Below, in pieces: positions 9,591-17,810 of a DNA stretch of 44,774 nt (within the stretch, counting starts at the first letter, position 1; every line of letters begins with the position of its first letter). The notes beneath the pieces were generated by a model. That model saw only the letters and a program-made list of their open reading frames with translations. It had not been told where the DNA came from and did not search any database. This stretch comes from Candidatus Methanofastidiosia archaeon (GTDB lineage Archaea; Methanobacteriota_B; Thermococci; Methanofastidiosales; NM3), in assembly GCA_020854925.1 (NCBI GenBank), contig JAHKLV010000093.1:1-44774 (forward strand), read 5' to 3'. The translations under genes were made by a program, and so were the position numbers.

Positions 9591-9767
9591 ATGAAAGCAC
9601 CATCGTCAAAATTCATCAAGGTCAAATGCGAAGACTGCGGCAACGAGCAGGCTGCATTTAGCAAGCCGTCTACGAACGTGCGCTGTGTGGTGTGCGGCAA
9701 GACGCTTATCGAATGCACCGGCGGCCTTGGCAATGTCAAGGCACCCATTGTCGCCGAACTGGAGTGA
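9591..9767 (+). CDS. rps27e: 30S ribosomal protein S27e
   Basis: 58-aa ORF not in the supplied track, translated by hand: [58 protein letters not shown]; C4 zinc finger and the canonical L44e-S27e-aIF2a order. Confidence 0.85.
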   Translation: MKAPSSKFIKVKCEDCGNEQAAFSKPSTNVRCVVCGKTLIECTGGLGNVKAPIVAELE

Positions 9768-9772
9768 ATCGG

Positions 9773-10558
9773 ATGTTTGAACAGGAAGAGGGATTTCCGT
9801 TAGCTGGGGATTACGTCATCTGCACGGTGTCCGAGATATTCCCCTACGGGGCCATGGTCCACCTCGACGAGTATGGTCTTGAGGGAATGGTCCCCATACG
9901 GGAGATCTCCTCTAGCTGGGTCAAAAACATCCGCAACCACGTGAAGGAGAACCAGAAGATTGTCTGTAAGGTCCTTCGTGTGGACCAGGAAAAGCGCCAC
10001 ATCGACCTGTCGCTGCGCAAGGTCACGAATCAGCAGAAGAAGATGACCATCCAGCGGTACAAGGTAAAGAAAAAGGGCAACAAGCTTCTCGAGTACTTCG
10101 GCACGCAAAACGGTATACCTGCCGAGCAGCTCATGGAAATCTACAACGCCATCCTCGAGCGCTACGTCACCATCTACGAGTGCTTTGAGGACGTTGTCGC
10201 CAAGGGGAAGCACAAGCTTGAACCCGTTGTGCCTGCGCAGCACGTTGATACGCTCTACGAGATAATAATGAGCAATATCGAGTCACCTCTCGTGGAGATA
10301 ACGGGGGAGCTCATGGTGACCTGCCCACGTGGCGACGGTGTGAACGTCATCAGGGATGCGCTGTCCCACCTCCGCGACGAAAACTCGACGGAGGATGTCA
10401 CGGTGGACATCCGCCTGCTCGGGTCGCCGCGATACAGCGTCAAGATCATCGCCCCCGACTACAAGATGGCGGAATCGGCGCTTGAGACCGTCGTGCGCAG
10501 TGCCGAGTCCCACTTCAAGAACGAATGCGGTACCGCCGAGTTCAAACGAAGCAAGTAA
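9773..10558 (+). CDS. eif2a: Translation initiation factor aIF2 alpha subunit
   Basis: N-terminal S1 domain (GDYVICTVSEIFPYGAMVHLDEYGLEGMVPIREISSSWVKNIRNHV), 261 aa from ATG 9773. Confidence 0.9.
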   Translation: MFEQEEGFPLAGDYVICTVSEIFPYGAMVHLDEYGLEGMVPIREISSSWVKNIRNHVKENQKIVCKVLRVDQEKRHIDLSLRKVTNQQKKMTIQRYKVKKKGNKLLEYFGTQNGIPAEQLMEIYNAILERYVTIYECFEDVVAKGKHKLEPVVPAQHVDTLYEIIMSNIESPLVEITGELMVTCPRGDGVNVIRDALSHLRDENSTEDVTVDIRLLGSPRYSVKIIAPDYKMAESALETVVRSAESHFKNECGTAEFKRSK

Positions 10559-10562
10559 TCTT

Positions 10563-10724
10563 ATGAAGATACTCAAGTGTTCCTCCTGCGGAGGATATAC
10601 CATCCACAGCACCTGTCCGCGGTGTAGCGGGCAGGCCGACGTGGCGAGGCCGCCGCGGTTCTCGCCAAAGGACAAGTATGCCCGGTACCGGCGCATGTGG
10701 AGAGCGCAGTGTGCAGAGGAGTAG
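10563..10724 (+). CDS. nop10: H/ACA RNP protein Nop10
   Basis: 53 aa MKILKCSSCGGYTIHSTCPRCSG...RFSPKDKYARYRR, the classic Nop10 zinc ribbon and tail. Confidence 0.85.
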   Translation: MKILKCSSCGGYTIHSTCPRCSGQADVARPPRFSPKDKYARYRRMWRAQCAEE

Positions 10725-10770
10725 TGATTGTGTGAAAGAGACTGTTATTAATGAATTAGAAAGACCGGAC

Positions 10771-11508
10771 ATGAAAAACATCGTTTTTATAGAAGGCCTT
10801 CCCGGCATCGGGCTCATCGGAAAGCTTGCCGCAGAGCATCTTATCCAGGAGACGGATGCCAAGAAGTTTGCCGAGCTGTACTCCCCCCACTTTCCGCACC
10901 AGGCGCTGGTGAAGGAGGATGCAACGCTGCGCCTCATGAAGAATAAGTTCTACCACGGGACCATCGGGGACATCGACCTCGTCATCCTCGTGGGCGATAC
11001 ACAGCCTTCCCCCTCCAATTCATACGGGCACTATGAGATTGTCACCAAAATCCTTGAGTACCTCATGCCCTTTGGGATATCGCGCATCTTCACGCTTGGT
11101 GGGTATTCCACCGGCGGCGAGGTTGTCGAAAAGCCGCGGGTACTCGGGGCCGTGAGCCATGCTGACCTGGTAGAAGAGTACAAGGACAGTGGCATCACAT
11201 TTCGCGATGACCCCGGTGCCGCCATCGTGGGCGCATCCGGATTGCTTCTTGCCATGGGCCGGCAGACCGAGATTCGGGGCGTCTGCCTTCTCGGCGAGTC
11301 TCCGGGCTACATGTACATAGACGCCAAGGCCGCCAAGAGCGTCCTTGAAGTCCTCTCGAGCATCCTCGGCATCACCATCGACATGACCGCCTTGGAAGAA
11401 CGCGCCGAAGAGACCGAGAACCTCATCAAGAAGATCCAGGACATGCAGCGCAAGTCCATGGCACAAAACGTGCCCGAGATGAGCAAGGATCTCGGCTATA
11501 TCAGGTAG
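10771..11508 (+). CDS. PAC2-family proteasome assembly chaperone-like protein
   Basis: MKNIVFIEGLPGIGLIGKLAAEHLI N-terminus and conserved position after nop10 in archaea. Confidence 0.7.
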   Translation: MKNIVFIEGLPGIGLIGKLAAEHLIQETDAKKFAELYSPHFPHQALVKEDATLRLMKNKFYHGTIGDIDLVILVGDTQPSPSNSYGHYEIVTKILEYLMPFGISRIFTLGGYSTGGEVVEKPRVLGAVSHADLVEEYKDSGITFRDDPGAAIVGASGLLLAMGRQTEIRGVCLLGESPGYMYIDAKAAKSVLEVLSSILGITIDMTALEERAEETENLIKKIQDMQRKSMAQNVPEMSKDLGYIR

Positions 11509-12452
11509 GCCGAGCGGTCTACCACATTGCGCACGGGTTCTCCCCTGAGGGCCCGTGTAACATTTTCTGCGGCCGTGCGGAGCATGGCTTGTTTCCACCC
11601 TTCTGCGAGCCCGGCGATATGCGGGGTAATGATAGCGTTTTCCAGTGTTTCGAACGGATGCCCCTGTGACCAGGGCTCGTCGTTTCGGGGATACCGCCAC
11701 CACACATCTAGGCCGGCACGAAACGAGGGGCGAGCCGCAAGGTGGCGGTACAGGGCGTCCTCGTCCACCACCGGGCCACGGGCGACGTTGACGAACAGTG
11801 CGTCATCGGGCAGTGCCTCCAGTTCGCTTGTGCCGATAAGCCCCTCCGTGGCAGGGGTGTGCGCAACGGCAAGTACAACGGCATGGGCGGAGCTGAGGGC
11901 ACCGAGCAAGCCGTCGGAGGTGACGGTCCTGTCAGCATCGCTTGCGCCTGACGTGTTCACGGCGATGGTGCGCATACCCGCCGCCCGCGCCATCCTACCG
12001 ACACGTGAGCCCACATGGCCGTATCCCACGATGCACAGCGTCTTTCCCTCGAGAAGGACGCCATGGTAGCCGTCCTGGGAAAAGGTGCCTTCCCGCAGGC
12101 GCCGGTCCTGGCACCTGAGGTCTTTGGCCAGCGCGGAAAGGAGTGCCCAGGCGTGCTCCGCCACGGCCGCCGCGTTGGAGCCGGCACCCGTGGCAACGGT
12201 CACCTGCGGTGGTATGGCCGCAAGGGGTATCCGCTCAACGCCTGCCATGAACGACTGTACCAGGGCGAGCCGGGGCATATGGGGGACATGGGGTGCCACT
12301 TCCTTCCATGACATCACAAGCACCGCCTCGCAGCGGTGTATCGATTCGGGAGAAGGCGTGTCTGATAAAAAGACGGGCGTTGCCCCCGTGAGCAGGGCCG
12401 TGAGGAATGTCTTCTCATCCTCGGTCCAGCTTCCCCCTACGAGAACGTGCAC
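11496..12452 (-). CDS. D-isomer-specific 2-hydroxyacid dehydrogenase family (NAD-binding)
   Basis: GKTLCIVGYGHVGSRVG Rossmann motif, NVARGPVVDEDAL, ITPHIAG catalytic His region. Confidence 0.8.
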   Translation of the reverse strand: MHVLVGGSWTEDEKTFLTALLTGATPVFLSDTPSPESIHRCEAVLVMSWKEVAPHVPHMPRLALVQSFMAGVERIPLAAIPPQVTVATGAGSNAAAVAEHAWALLSALAKDLRCQDRRLREGTFSQDGYHGVLLEGKTLCIVGYGHVGSRVGRMARAAGMRTIAVNTSGASDADRTVTSDGLLGALSSAHAVVLAVAHTPATEGLIGTSELEALPDDALFVNVARGPVVDEDALYRHLAARPSFRAGLDVWWRYPRNDEPWSQGHPFETLENAIITPHIAGLAEGWKQAMLRTAAENVTRALRGEPVRNVVDRSAYLI

Positions 12453-12465
12453 GCGTGCTCACCAC

Positions 12466-13038
12466 CTAGAGGGGTTCTTCTTCTTTTTCCTTGACGGAGA
12501 ATCCGTGTGTTCCTACCGCCTCCCCGAGAAGGTAGTACGTCCCCTGCGCATAGGCAAGGGTGTCCATCCTGCTGAGGTCGGGCTTGCCGTTGAGGAGGAG
12601 CGACTCGTCGATGGCGACGTTTGCGACATGGCCTATAAAGAGGTCATGCGTGCCGAGGTGCACCGTCTGCTCAAGGTAGCACTCGATGCTTACCGGGCAT
12701 TCCCCGATTCGTGGCGACGTTACCCTGAGCGACGGTTCGGGCGTATAGCCGCACTGGGCGAATTTGTCAACCGTCTCGCCAGAGAGATTGCCGCAGAGAT
12801 CGACCTTGAACACGTCCCTCGCAAAGGGGATGTTGACGACAAAGTCGCCTGACTCAAGGATAAGATTGTATGAATGCCTGCTGGGGGTGACGGCAATGGA
12901 TACCATGGGAGGTTCCCTGCATGCCGTCGCAGCCCATGCGATGGTGATGATGTTGGGGTGCTCAAGAGGCCCGCACGTAACAAGCGACACGGGATTGGGG
13001 AAGAGCGCCGGATAGGGTGTAACGTCCTTTTTTTTCAT
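12466..13038 (-). CDS. Flavin reductase-like FMN-binding split-barrel protein
   Basis: 190 aa; PNPVSLVTCG...NIITIAWAATACREPPMVSIAV...SYNLILESGDFVVNIP typical of the Flavin_Reduct domain. Confidence 0.75.
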   Translation of the reverse strand: MKKKDVTPYPALFPNPVSLVTCGPLEHPNIITIAWAATACREPPMVSIAVTPSRHSYNLILESGDFVVNIPFARDVFKVDLCGNLSGETVDKFAQCGYTPEPSLRVTSPRIGECPVSIECYLEQTVHLGTHDLFIGHVANVAIDESLLLNGKPDLSRMDTLAYAQGTYYLLGEAVGTHGFSVKEKEEEPL

Positions 13039-13046
13039 GCTGCCAC

Positions 13047-13406
13047 CTACTGGTATGCATCAAGCCCGGAAGGAAGGTCGCCAAGAGCGTAGGCACAGAC
13101 CTGCTCCCAGGCGCGTTCGTAGCCCCGCTGACGGTCGTCCCGAAAAGCCTGCTCCGAGCGCGTATGGCAATACTCCCTTTGCGCCGCCAGCTGGTCGGGG
13201 GAGAGTTCCTTTGTGAGTATTTTGTACAGCATGCCGTCCTTTTCATCGTTTTCATAGCTGGCGACCATGCCCTTGATGGCCAGGGCGTATCCCTCCTCAA
13301 AAGGGGATCCCGGCTCGGGGAGCGAGGAGGCTCGCTCCCGCGCCCGTGCCAGGTCCTGTGAGGAGAGGGCATGCACGACAGCCACGAGGTCGATGTCTGA
13401 TATCAT
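13047..13406 (-). CDS. Hypothetical protein (119 aa)
   Basis: ATGA overlap with the FAU-1 stop indicates coupled translation; no family recognised. Confidence 0.5.
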   Translation of the reverse strand: MISDIDLVAVVHALSSQDLARARERASSLPEPGSPFEEGYALAIKGMVASYENDEKDGMLYKILTKELSPDQLAAQREYCHTRSEQAFRDDRQRGYERAWEQVCAYALGDLPSGLDAYQ

Positions 13407-14794
13407 AAGATCTCACTCTCGTCGTATGTTTTTACGAGGTCGGCCTCGCTCATAGCCAGCGTGGCGACCTTTTCTGGGAAGATCCCCTCCTCCACCCTCC
13501 GGCGTAGCTGGTCCTCGTCGATGATGTAGCTGTCACCGTTGGGGAAGCGGATGACATCGACCTCAAGGTCGATGTAACGGATCTTGTTGGGAAAGATCTC
13601 TATCGGCGTGCAGATGTTGTAGTACTCGCCCTTAACCTGATTGTTGCGGTCGTAATACGTGTGCTTGAAGTGCCAGGATCCTTCCTCCATTTCAGTGATG
13701 CAGTAATCCCCCGCCTCTTTACGGATTTCCAGGCCGTCATAATACCCCTTGGGGGCCATATACCGTTTGAGCTTGATGTACGGGGGGGCGTACCGCTTGA
13801 CTTTGGCCCCCTCCATGTAAATGGGGTGCGAAGCGGGCTTTACATGCTCAAAGGTCACTTCGTCACCGATTTTGGGGCCTTTCACCTGACGGAAGATGCT
13901 GTGGAACAGGGTGTCAAGGTCCTTGATGTCACGCTCGGCCTTGATCTTTTCCACCACGTCTACGGCAAACGAGATGTCTCTGCCTGCCGATTTGAGCATA
14001 TGGTGATTGCGGATGGTGGCGGTCACGGTGTTACGTATGTCGTCGAGCCGCTGCTTGGCCTGGCTGCCAAAGAGTATCTTCATGTGGCTTTTCCCTTCCT
14101 TGATGAGGCCGGGGCCGTCGAGGCGGTCGTAGCGGTCCATGACATATTCTGCGTTTTTCGCAAGCTCTTTCGCCTCTTCCATGAGCACGGTCTCGCCGAC
14201 ATATTCAGATGACGTCCGCCACAGGACGCCAAACGTTGCGGGTTTAATGCGCCTGCCGATGCCGATAAGCCGTTCCCGTTCAGCCTCGTCGCGAATCTTT
14301 CGGGATATCTTGATGTCGTCCTCGGGGATGATGACAGCATATTCACCTGAGAAGGTGATGCGGGTGGTGAGGATGGGCTTGTCGTTCATCTCGAGGACCT
14401 GGACAAGGACCTCGTCCTCGACAGTAGGTTCGGGGAGAATGCCGATATCGGTGCCGAGATTGACGATGGTCTCGTTGTTTGCCTTGATGATGGACCCCTT
14501 GTAGATGCCATAGAGGTCTATGCTGGAGCGGAGTGAGAAGACATCCACAAACTCGTCCTGCATGTCCTTCGCGATATCCTCAAGCGCCTCGCGTTCACCC
14601 ACGAGGGAGATGCCCTGGAGGTCCTTGGTGTGCTTGATGTCGACGGTGGGGATGTCTTGGGTCTCACTTTCGGCAAAGCGGTCGCGCATGGTCTCCGACA
14701 TCTGATTGATGGCGTAGCCCCGGTCAATGAAAAACTTGGTCAGGGCGGTAGTATAGATGCCCCTAATTCGTATTGAAGTCATGTTGTTCACCAT
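13403..14794 (-). CDS. FAU-1-type RNA-binding protein / RNase E/G-like (DUF402 C-terminus)
   Basis: N-terminus IRIRGIYTTALTKFFIDRGY matches the archaeal FAU-1 signature; 463 aa; start 14794 or 14782. Confidence 0.7.
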   Translation of the reverse strand: MVNNMTSIRIRGIYTTALTKFFIDRGYAINQMSETMRDRFAESETQDIPTVDIKHTKDLQGISLVGEREALEDIAKDMQDEFVDVFSLRSSIDLYGIYKGSIIKANNETIVNLGTDIGILPEPTVEDEVLVQVLEMNDKPILTTRITFSGEYAVIIPEDDIKISRKIRDEAERERLIGIGRRIKPATFGVLWRTSSEYVGETVLMEEAKELAKNAEYVMDRYDRLDGPGLIKEGKSHMKILFGSQAKQRLDDIRNTVTATIRNHHMLKSAGRDISFAVDVVEKIKAERDIKDLDTLFHSIFRQVKGPKIGDEVTFEHVKPASHPIYMEGAKVKRYAPPYIKLKRYMAPKGYYDGLEIRKEAGDYCITEMEEGSWHFKHTYYDRNNQVKGEYYNICTPIEIFPNKIRYIDLEVDVIRFPNGDSYIIDEDQLRRRVEEGIFPEKVATLAMSEADLVKTYDESEIL

Positions 14795-15569
14795 ATTTGA
14801 ATACTTTTGTACCGCCCCTCATTTTAGTTTCCAATAGGCCGAAGCGGGCAAGGCCGTCGACGACCTGCTCGATACGGTCACGGGGGAGAGACAGCGCCTT
14901 TTCAATGAATCGCGGTTCCACCCAGGCGACGTTCTCGTCGTGGAGCTGTTGTATCGCCTTGAGGACCACCGCCTCATCCTGTTCGAGGACGTCCTCGGGG
15001 TGTTTTTGTATGACAAGCGAGAGCCGTTGCTCGCATACGCCGAGCCGGGTGGCAAGCCTCTCGACGGCGAGGGAAAGCTCGTCAATCCTCGCGATGACGT
15101 CACCTGCCTTTTTTGCCTGGATCTCGGGAGCAAAGACAGCAGAAGTAATCTCTGACGAGAGTTCACCGATGAAGAGCGAAAGGACGTACTCGGCGCTTGC
15201 CATGGTGCGCTTGAGTGAGGAAAGATACTTGGCGTATGCTGCCTTGTCCTTGGCAAGGTACGCCTCCTTGAGCGCCTCGGCCTTGAGCGCGGTCTGGTGG
15301 AGAAACTTGGCAAGCTCCGATGAGTCCTTGTACAGGGCCTTGTTGGCAAAGAGCGCGCCAGCCCGCTTTCCCACATCCTCTACGGTGAAGACGCCCTGGG
15401 AGAAGGCAAGGACGATGCGTCCCAGCGTCTCGGGGTCCGGTGGGTGCTGGTCGAGGTACTGCAGCGTTTCTGCGATGTGGAGAATTTCCTTTTTCAGGCC
15501 GTATATTGTTTCATGGAGGTAGTCTATTTCTTTTTTTTGCGCATCCCCGATATTGTCCATAATACGCAT
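14763..15569 (-). CDS. Hypothetical helical protein with probable C-terminal winged-helix domain
   Basis: Start trimmed to ATG 15569 (MRIMDNIG). C-terminus LSLPRDRIEQVVDGLARFGLLETKMRGGTKVFKY looks wHTH-like; overlaps the FAU-1 start by 20-32 nt. Confidence 0.5.
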   Translation of the reverse strand: MRIMDNIGDAQKKEIDYLHETIYGLKKEILHIAETLQYLDQHPPDPETLGRIVLAFSQGVFTVEDVGKRAGALFANKALYKDSSELAKFLHQTALKAEALKEAYLAKDKAAYAKYLSSLKRTMASAEYVLSLFIGELSSEITSAVFAPEIQAKKAGDVIARIDELSLAVERLATRLGVCEQRLSLVIQKHPEDVLEQDEAVVLKAIQQLHDENVAWVEPRFIEKALSLPRDRIEQVVDGLARFGLLETKMRGGTKVFKYGEQHDFNTN

Positions 15570-15661
15570 ACTATACGGCCTCACGTTTATTAACCTTTTT
15601 ATATCACGCGTTGTGGCACAACACTTATGAAGGCGCCCACCATAAGTACCGTGGTGATACC

Positions 15662-16015
15662 ATGGTGTCTCAGGAAGTGAGTGATACAATCGTGGCCTAT
15701 CACGAGGGCGGCATGCACCTGCAGGAGATAGCGGCGCGCCTCCTTCTTGACATCGCCACTGTTCGAGAGGCCATTGAGGAGTACGAGAAGCGGATAAAGG
15801 CCCAACGGGTGCATGCGGGGCATTACGCCTTTGTCTTCGAACAGCTACGCCAGCAGGCGGGCTCCCTCAGTGGGCATCTTGAGGACCTTTTTGCAGCTAG
15901 GCAATTTGCCATGTACAACGACGCATACGCCAACTGGCTCGACACCATGCGCCTATACGCGGACGTAATGGATTCGTACCGTTCCGCTACTGAACACGGC
16001 GGAGAGGGATCATAA
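15662..16015 (+). CDS. Small HTH-containing hypothetical protein
   Basis: 117 aa from ATG 15662; HEGGMHLQEIAARLLLDIATVREAI resembles a resolvase/HTH_23-type helix-turn-helix; TATA-like CTTTTTATATC at 15592-15602. Confidence 0.45.
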   Translation: MVSQEVSDTIVAYHEGGMHLQEIAARLLLDIATVREAIEEYEKRIKAQRVHAGHYAFVFEQLRQQAGSLSGHLEDLFAARQFAMYNDAYANWLDTMRLYADVMDSYRSATEHGGEGS

Positions 16016-16027
16016 GGGGATGCACCG

Positions 16028-16417
16028 ATGGCTTGGGAAATATTTGGTCTGGTCTTCACGGGCCTTGCGGCCGTACTCGCCGCAATAGTCGCCATTTTTG
16101 TGTTTCAGGCGCTCTTTTTATGGGTGGGCGCAAAGATTGCAGGTATCAAGGAAGCCTCCTTCGGGAAGGCATTCGTTGCTGCCGTGGGCATAACGTTGGT
16201 CACGGTGGTGGCAAACGCCGTCTTTGCCCTCGCGTCTGTCGCCACAGGCGGCCTCGCGGGGCTGGTGGTATCCATCCTCATAGCCGTGTGGGTCATCAAG
16301 TCGGTCTTCGACACGGGATGGGCACAGGCCCTCGTGGCATGGATACTCTCGATTGTGGGGTTTGTGGTCGCCATCGTCCTTGTCGGCCTCCTCGTAGCGG
16401 GTGCCGCCTTTATGTAG
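16028..16417 (+). CDS. Integral membrane protein (about 4 TM helices), hypothetical
   Basis: 129 aa, almost entirely hydrophobic segments; starts 12 nt after the HTH protein stop. Confidence 0.55.
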   Translation: MAWEIFGLVFTGLAAVLAAIVAIFVFQALFLWVGAKIAGIKEASFGKAFVAAVGITLVTVVANAVFALASVATGGLAGLVVSILIAVWVIKSVFDTGWAQALVAWILSIVGFVVAIVLVGLLVAGAAFM

Positions 16418-16473
16418 CGGCATTTCTTTTCCTCTTTTGCCTGAGCGGCGCTTTGTAAATGTCGTTTCATACA

Positions 16474-16491
16474 ACAAAAATTATTTAAATG
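16474..16491 (+). promoter_or_regulatory. Candidate BRE/TATA promoter (ACAAAAATTATTTAAATG) for the hdr operon
   Basis: Only AT-rich TATA-like element in the 150-nt gap upstream of hdrC. Confidence 0.35.
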
Positions 16492-16570
16492 CCGAAAAAG
16501 CCCGTCAGTCAATACTATTGCTTTTGCCATTGCTCTTTTGCAGTGGGACAACCACAGGCATGGTGATATC

Positions 16571-17008
16571 ATGGCTATTCGTGTATCTTCGTGCATGAAG
16601 TGCGGCACCTGCAGCGGGTCATGCCCCTCCGGGCGTGTCGTTGCCTTTCGCACCAGGGCCCTTGTCGAGGCCCGGGCGACAGGTACCATAGACTACGACG
16701 ACCCCTCACTCTGGTACTGCACCACGTGCTATACGTGCATGGAGCGCTGCCCGCGCTCCATCGACATCACAGATGAGATTCTCCATATCCGAGAGGAGGC
16801 ATACCGGCTTGGAAAGGTGCTCGAACCGCACAAGGCGGTGCTTACCTACATATGGAAGACGGGTCACGCAGTTCCCATCAACGACGCCGTCAGGGAAAAG
16901 CGCGTACGCCTCGGCCTTTCCGAGGAGCCCCCCACGACTCACCGCCACGCCGATGCGCTTGCCGTAGTCAGGGCGCTTATGGAAGAGGAGGGCGTAACCA
17001 ATGAGTGA
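16571..17008 (+). CDS. hdrC: Heterodisulfide reductase subunit C
   Basis: Two ferredoxin-type motifs CMKCGTCSGSCPSGR and CTTCYTCMERCPRSI; start at ATG 16571. Confidence 0.85.
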   Translation: MAIRVSSCMKCGTCSGSCPSGRVVAFRTRALVEARATGTIDYDDPSLWYCTTCYTCMERCPRSIDITDEILHIREEAYRLGKVLEPHKAVLTYIWKTGHAVPINDAVREKRVRLGLSEEPPTTHRHADALAVVRALMEEEGVTNE

Positions 17009-17810
17009 GCTAGCTTTCTTTTTGGGATGCATCATCCCCAACAGGATGCCTGAGATCGAAAAGGCAGCCCGCCTTTCCGCAGAACGTCTCGGCATCACCC
17101 TTTCCGACATGGGGGGCGCCTCGTGCTGCCCGGCCCCGGGTGTCATGAAGTCGTTTGACCAGACACTCTGGCTCAAGCTTGCCGCACGCAACCTGTCCAT
17201 AGCCGAGGCAATGGGGTGCGATATCGTCACGCTCTGCAACGGATGCTACGGCACGCTCAAGGATGCCTCCATGGAGCTTCGGGAGGACCCGGCGCTGTGT
17301 GCTTCCGTGTGCGAGGCCCTCCGTCCGAAGGGGTACGACCTTGCTGTGGTGCCGGACGTCTACCACTTCGTGGAGTACTTGTACCATACCTATGGTGTGG
17401 ATGCGCTTCGTGAGCGCGTAACGACGCCGCTTTCCTACAAGGTGGCCGTTCACTATGGGTGCCACCTTCTCAAGCCCACAAAGTACCGCCAAGGCGCATC
17501 CAGCGAGCGCCCCACGTTCTTCGACGAGCTTGTCGAGGTTACGGGTGCTACGAGCATCCCCTATGCCGAAAAGGCCTCGTGCTGCGGCGCGGGCGGTGGC
17601 GTGCGGTCGGGTCTTAAGGACATCTCTCTTGCCATGGCACAAAAGAAGGTAGATTCCATCAAGGGCGCCGACTGTATCGTGACCCCGTGTCCGTTCTGTC
17701 ACATGCAGCTTGAACAGGTCGCCGACATCCCCGTGCTCCATTATGTCCAGCTGCTTGCCCTTTCCCTGGGTGTGCAACCAGGGGAGATGGGACTGGAGGT
17801 GCTTCCATGA
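17001..17810 (+). CDS. hdrB: Heterodisulfide reductase subunit B (two CCG domains)
   Basis: FFLGCIIPNRMPE...GGASCCPAPG and VHYGCHLLKP...EKASCCGAGGG; 8-nt overlap with hdrC. Confidence 0.9.
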   Translation: MSELAFFLGCIIPNRMPEIEKAARLSAERLGITLSDMGGASCCPAPGVMKSFDQTLWLKLAARNLSIAEAMGCDIVTLCNGCYGTLKDASMELREDPALCASVCEALRPKGYDLAVVPDVYHFVEYLYHTYGVDALRERVTTPLSYKVAVHYGCHLLKPTKYRQGASSERPTFFDELVEVTGATSIPYAEKASCCGAGGGVRSGLKDISLAMAQKKVDSIKGADCIVTPCPFCHMQLEQVADIPVLHYVQLLALSLGVQPGEMGLEVLP

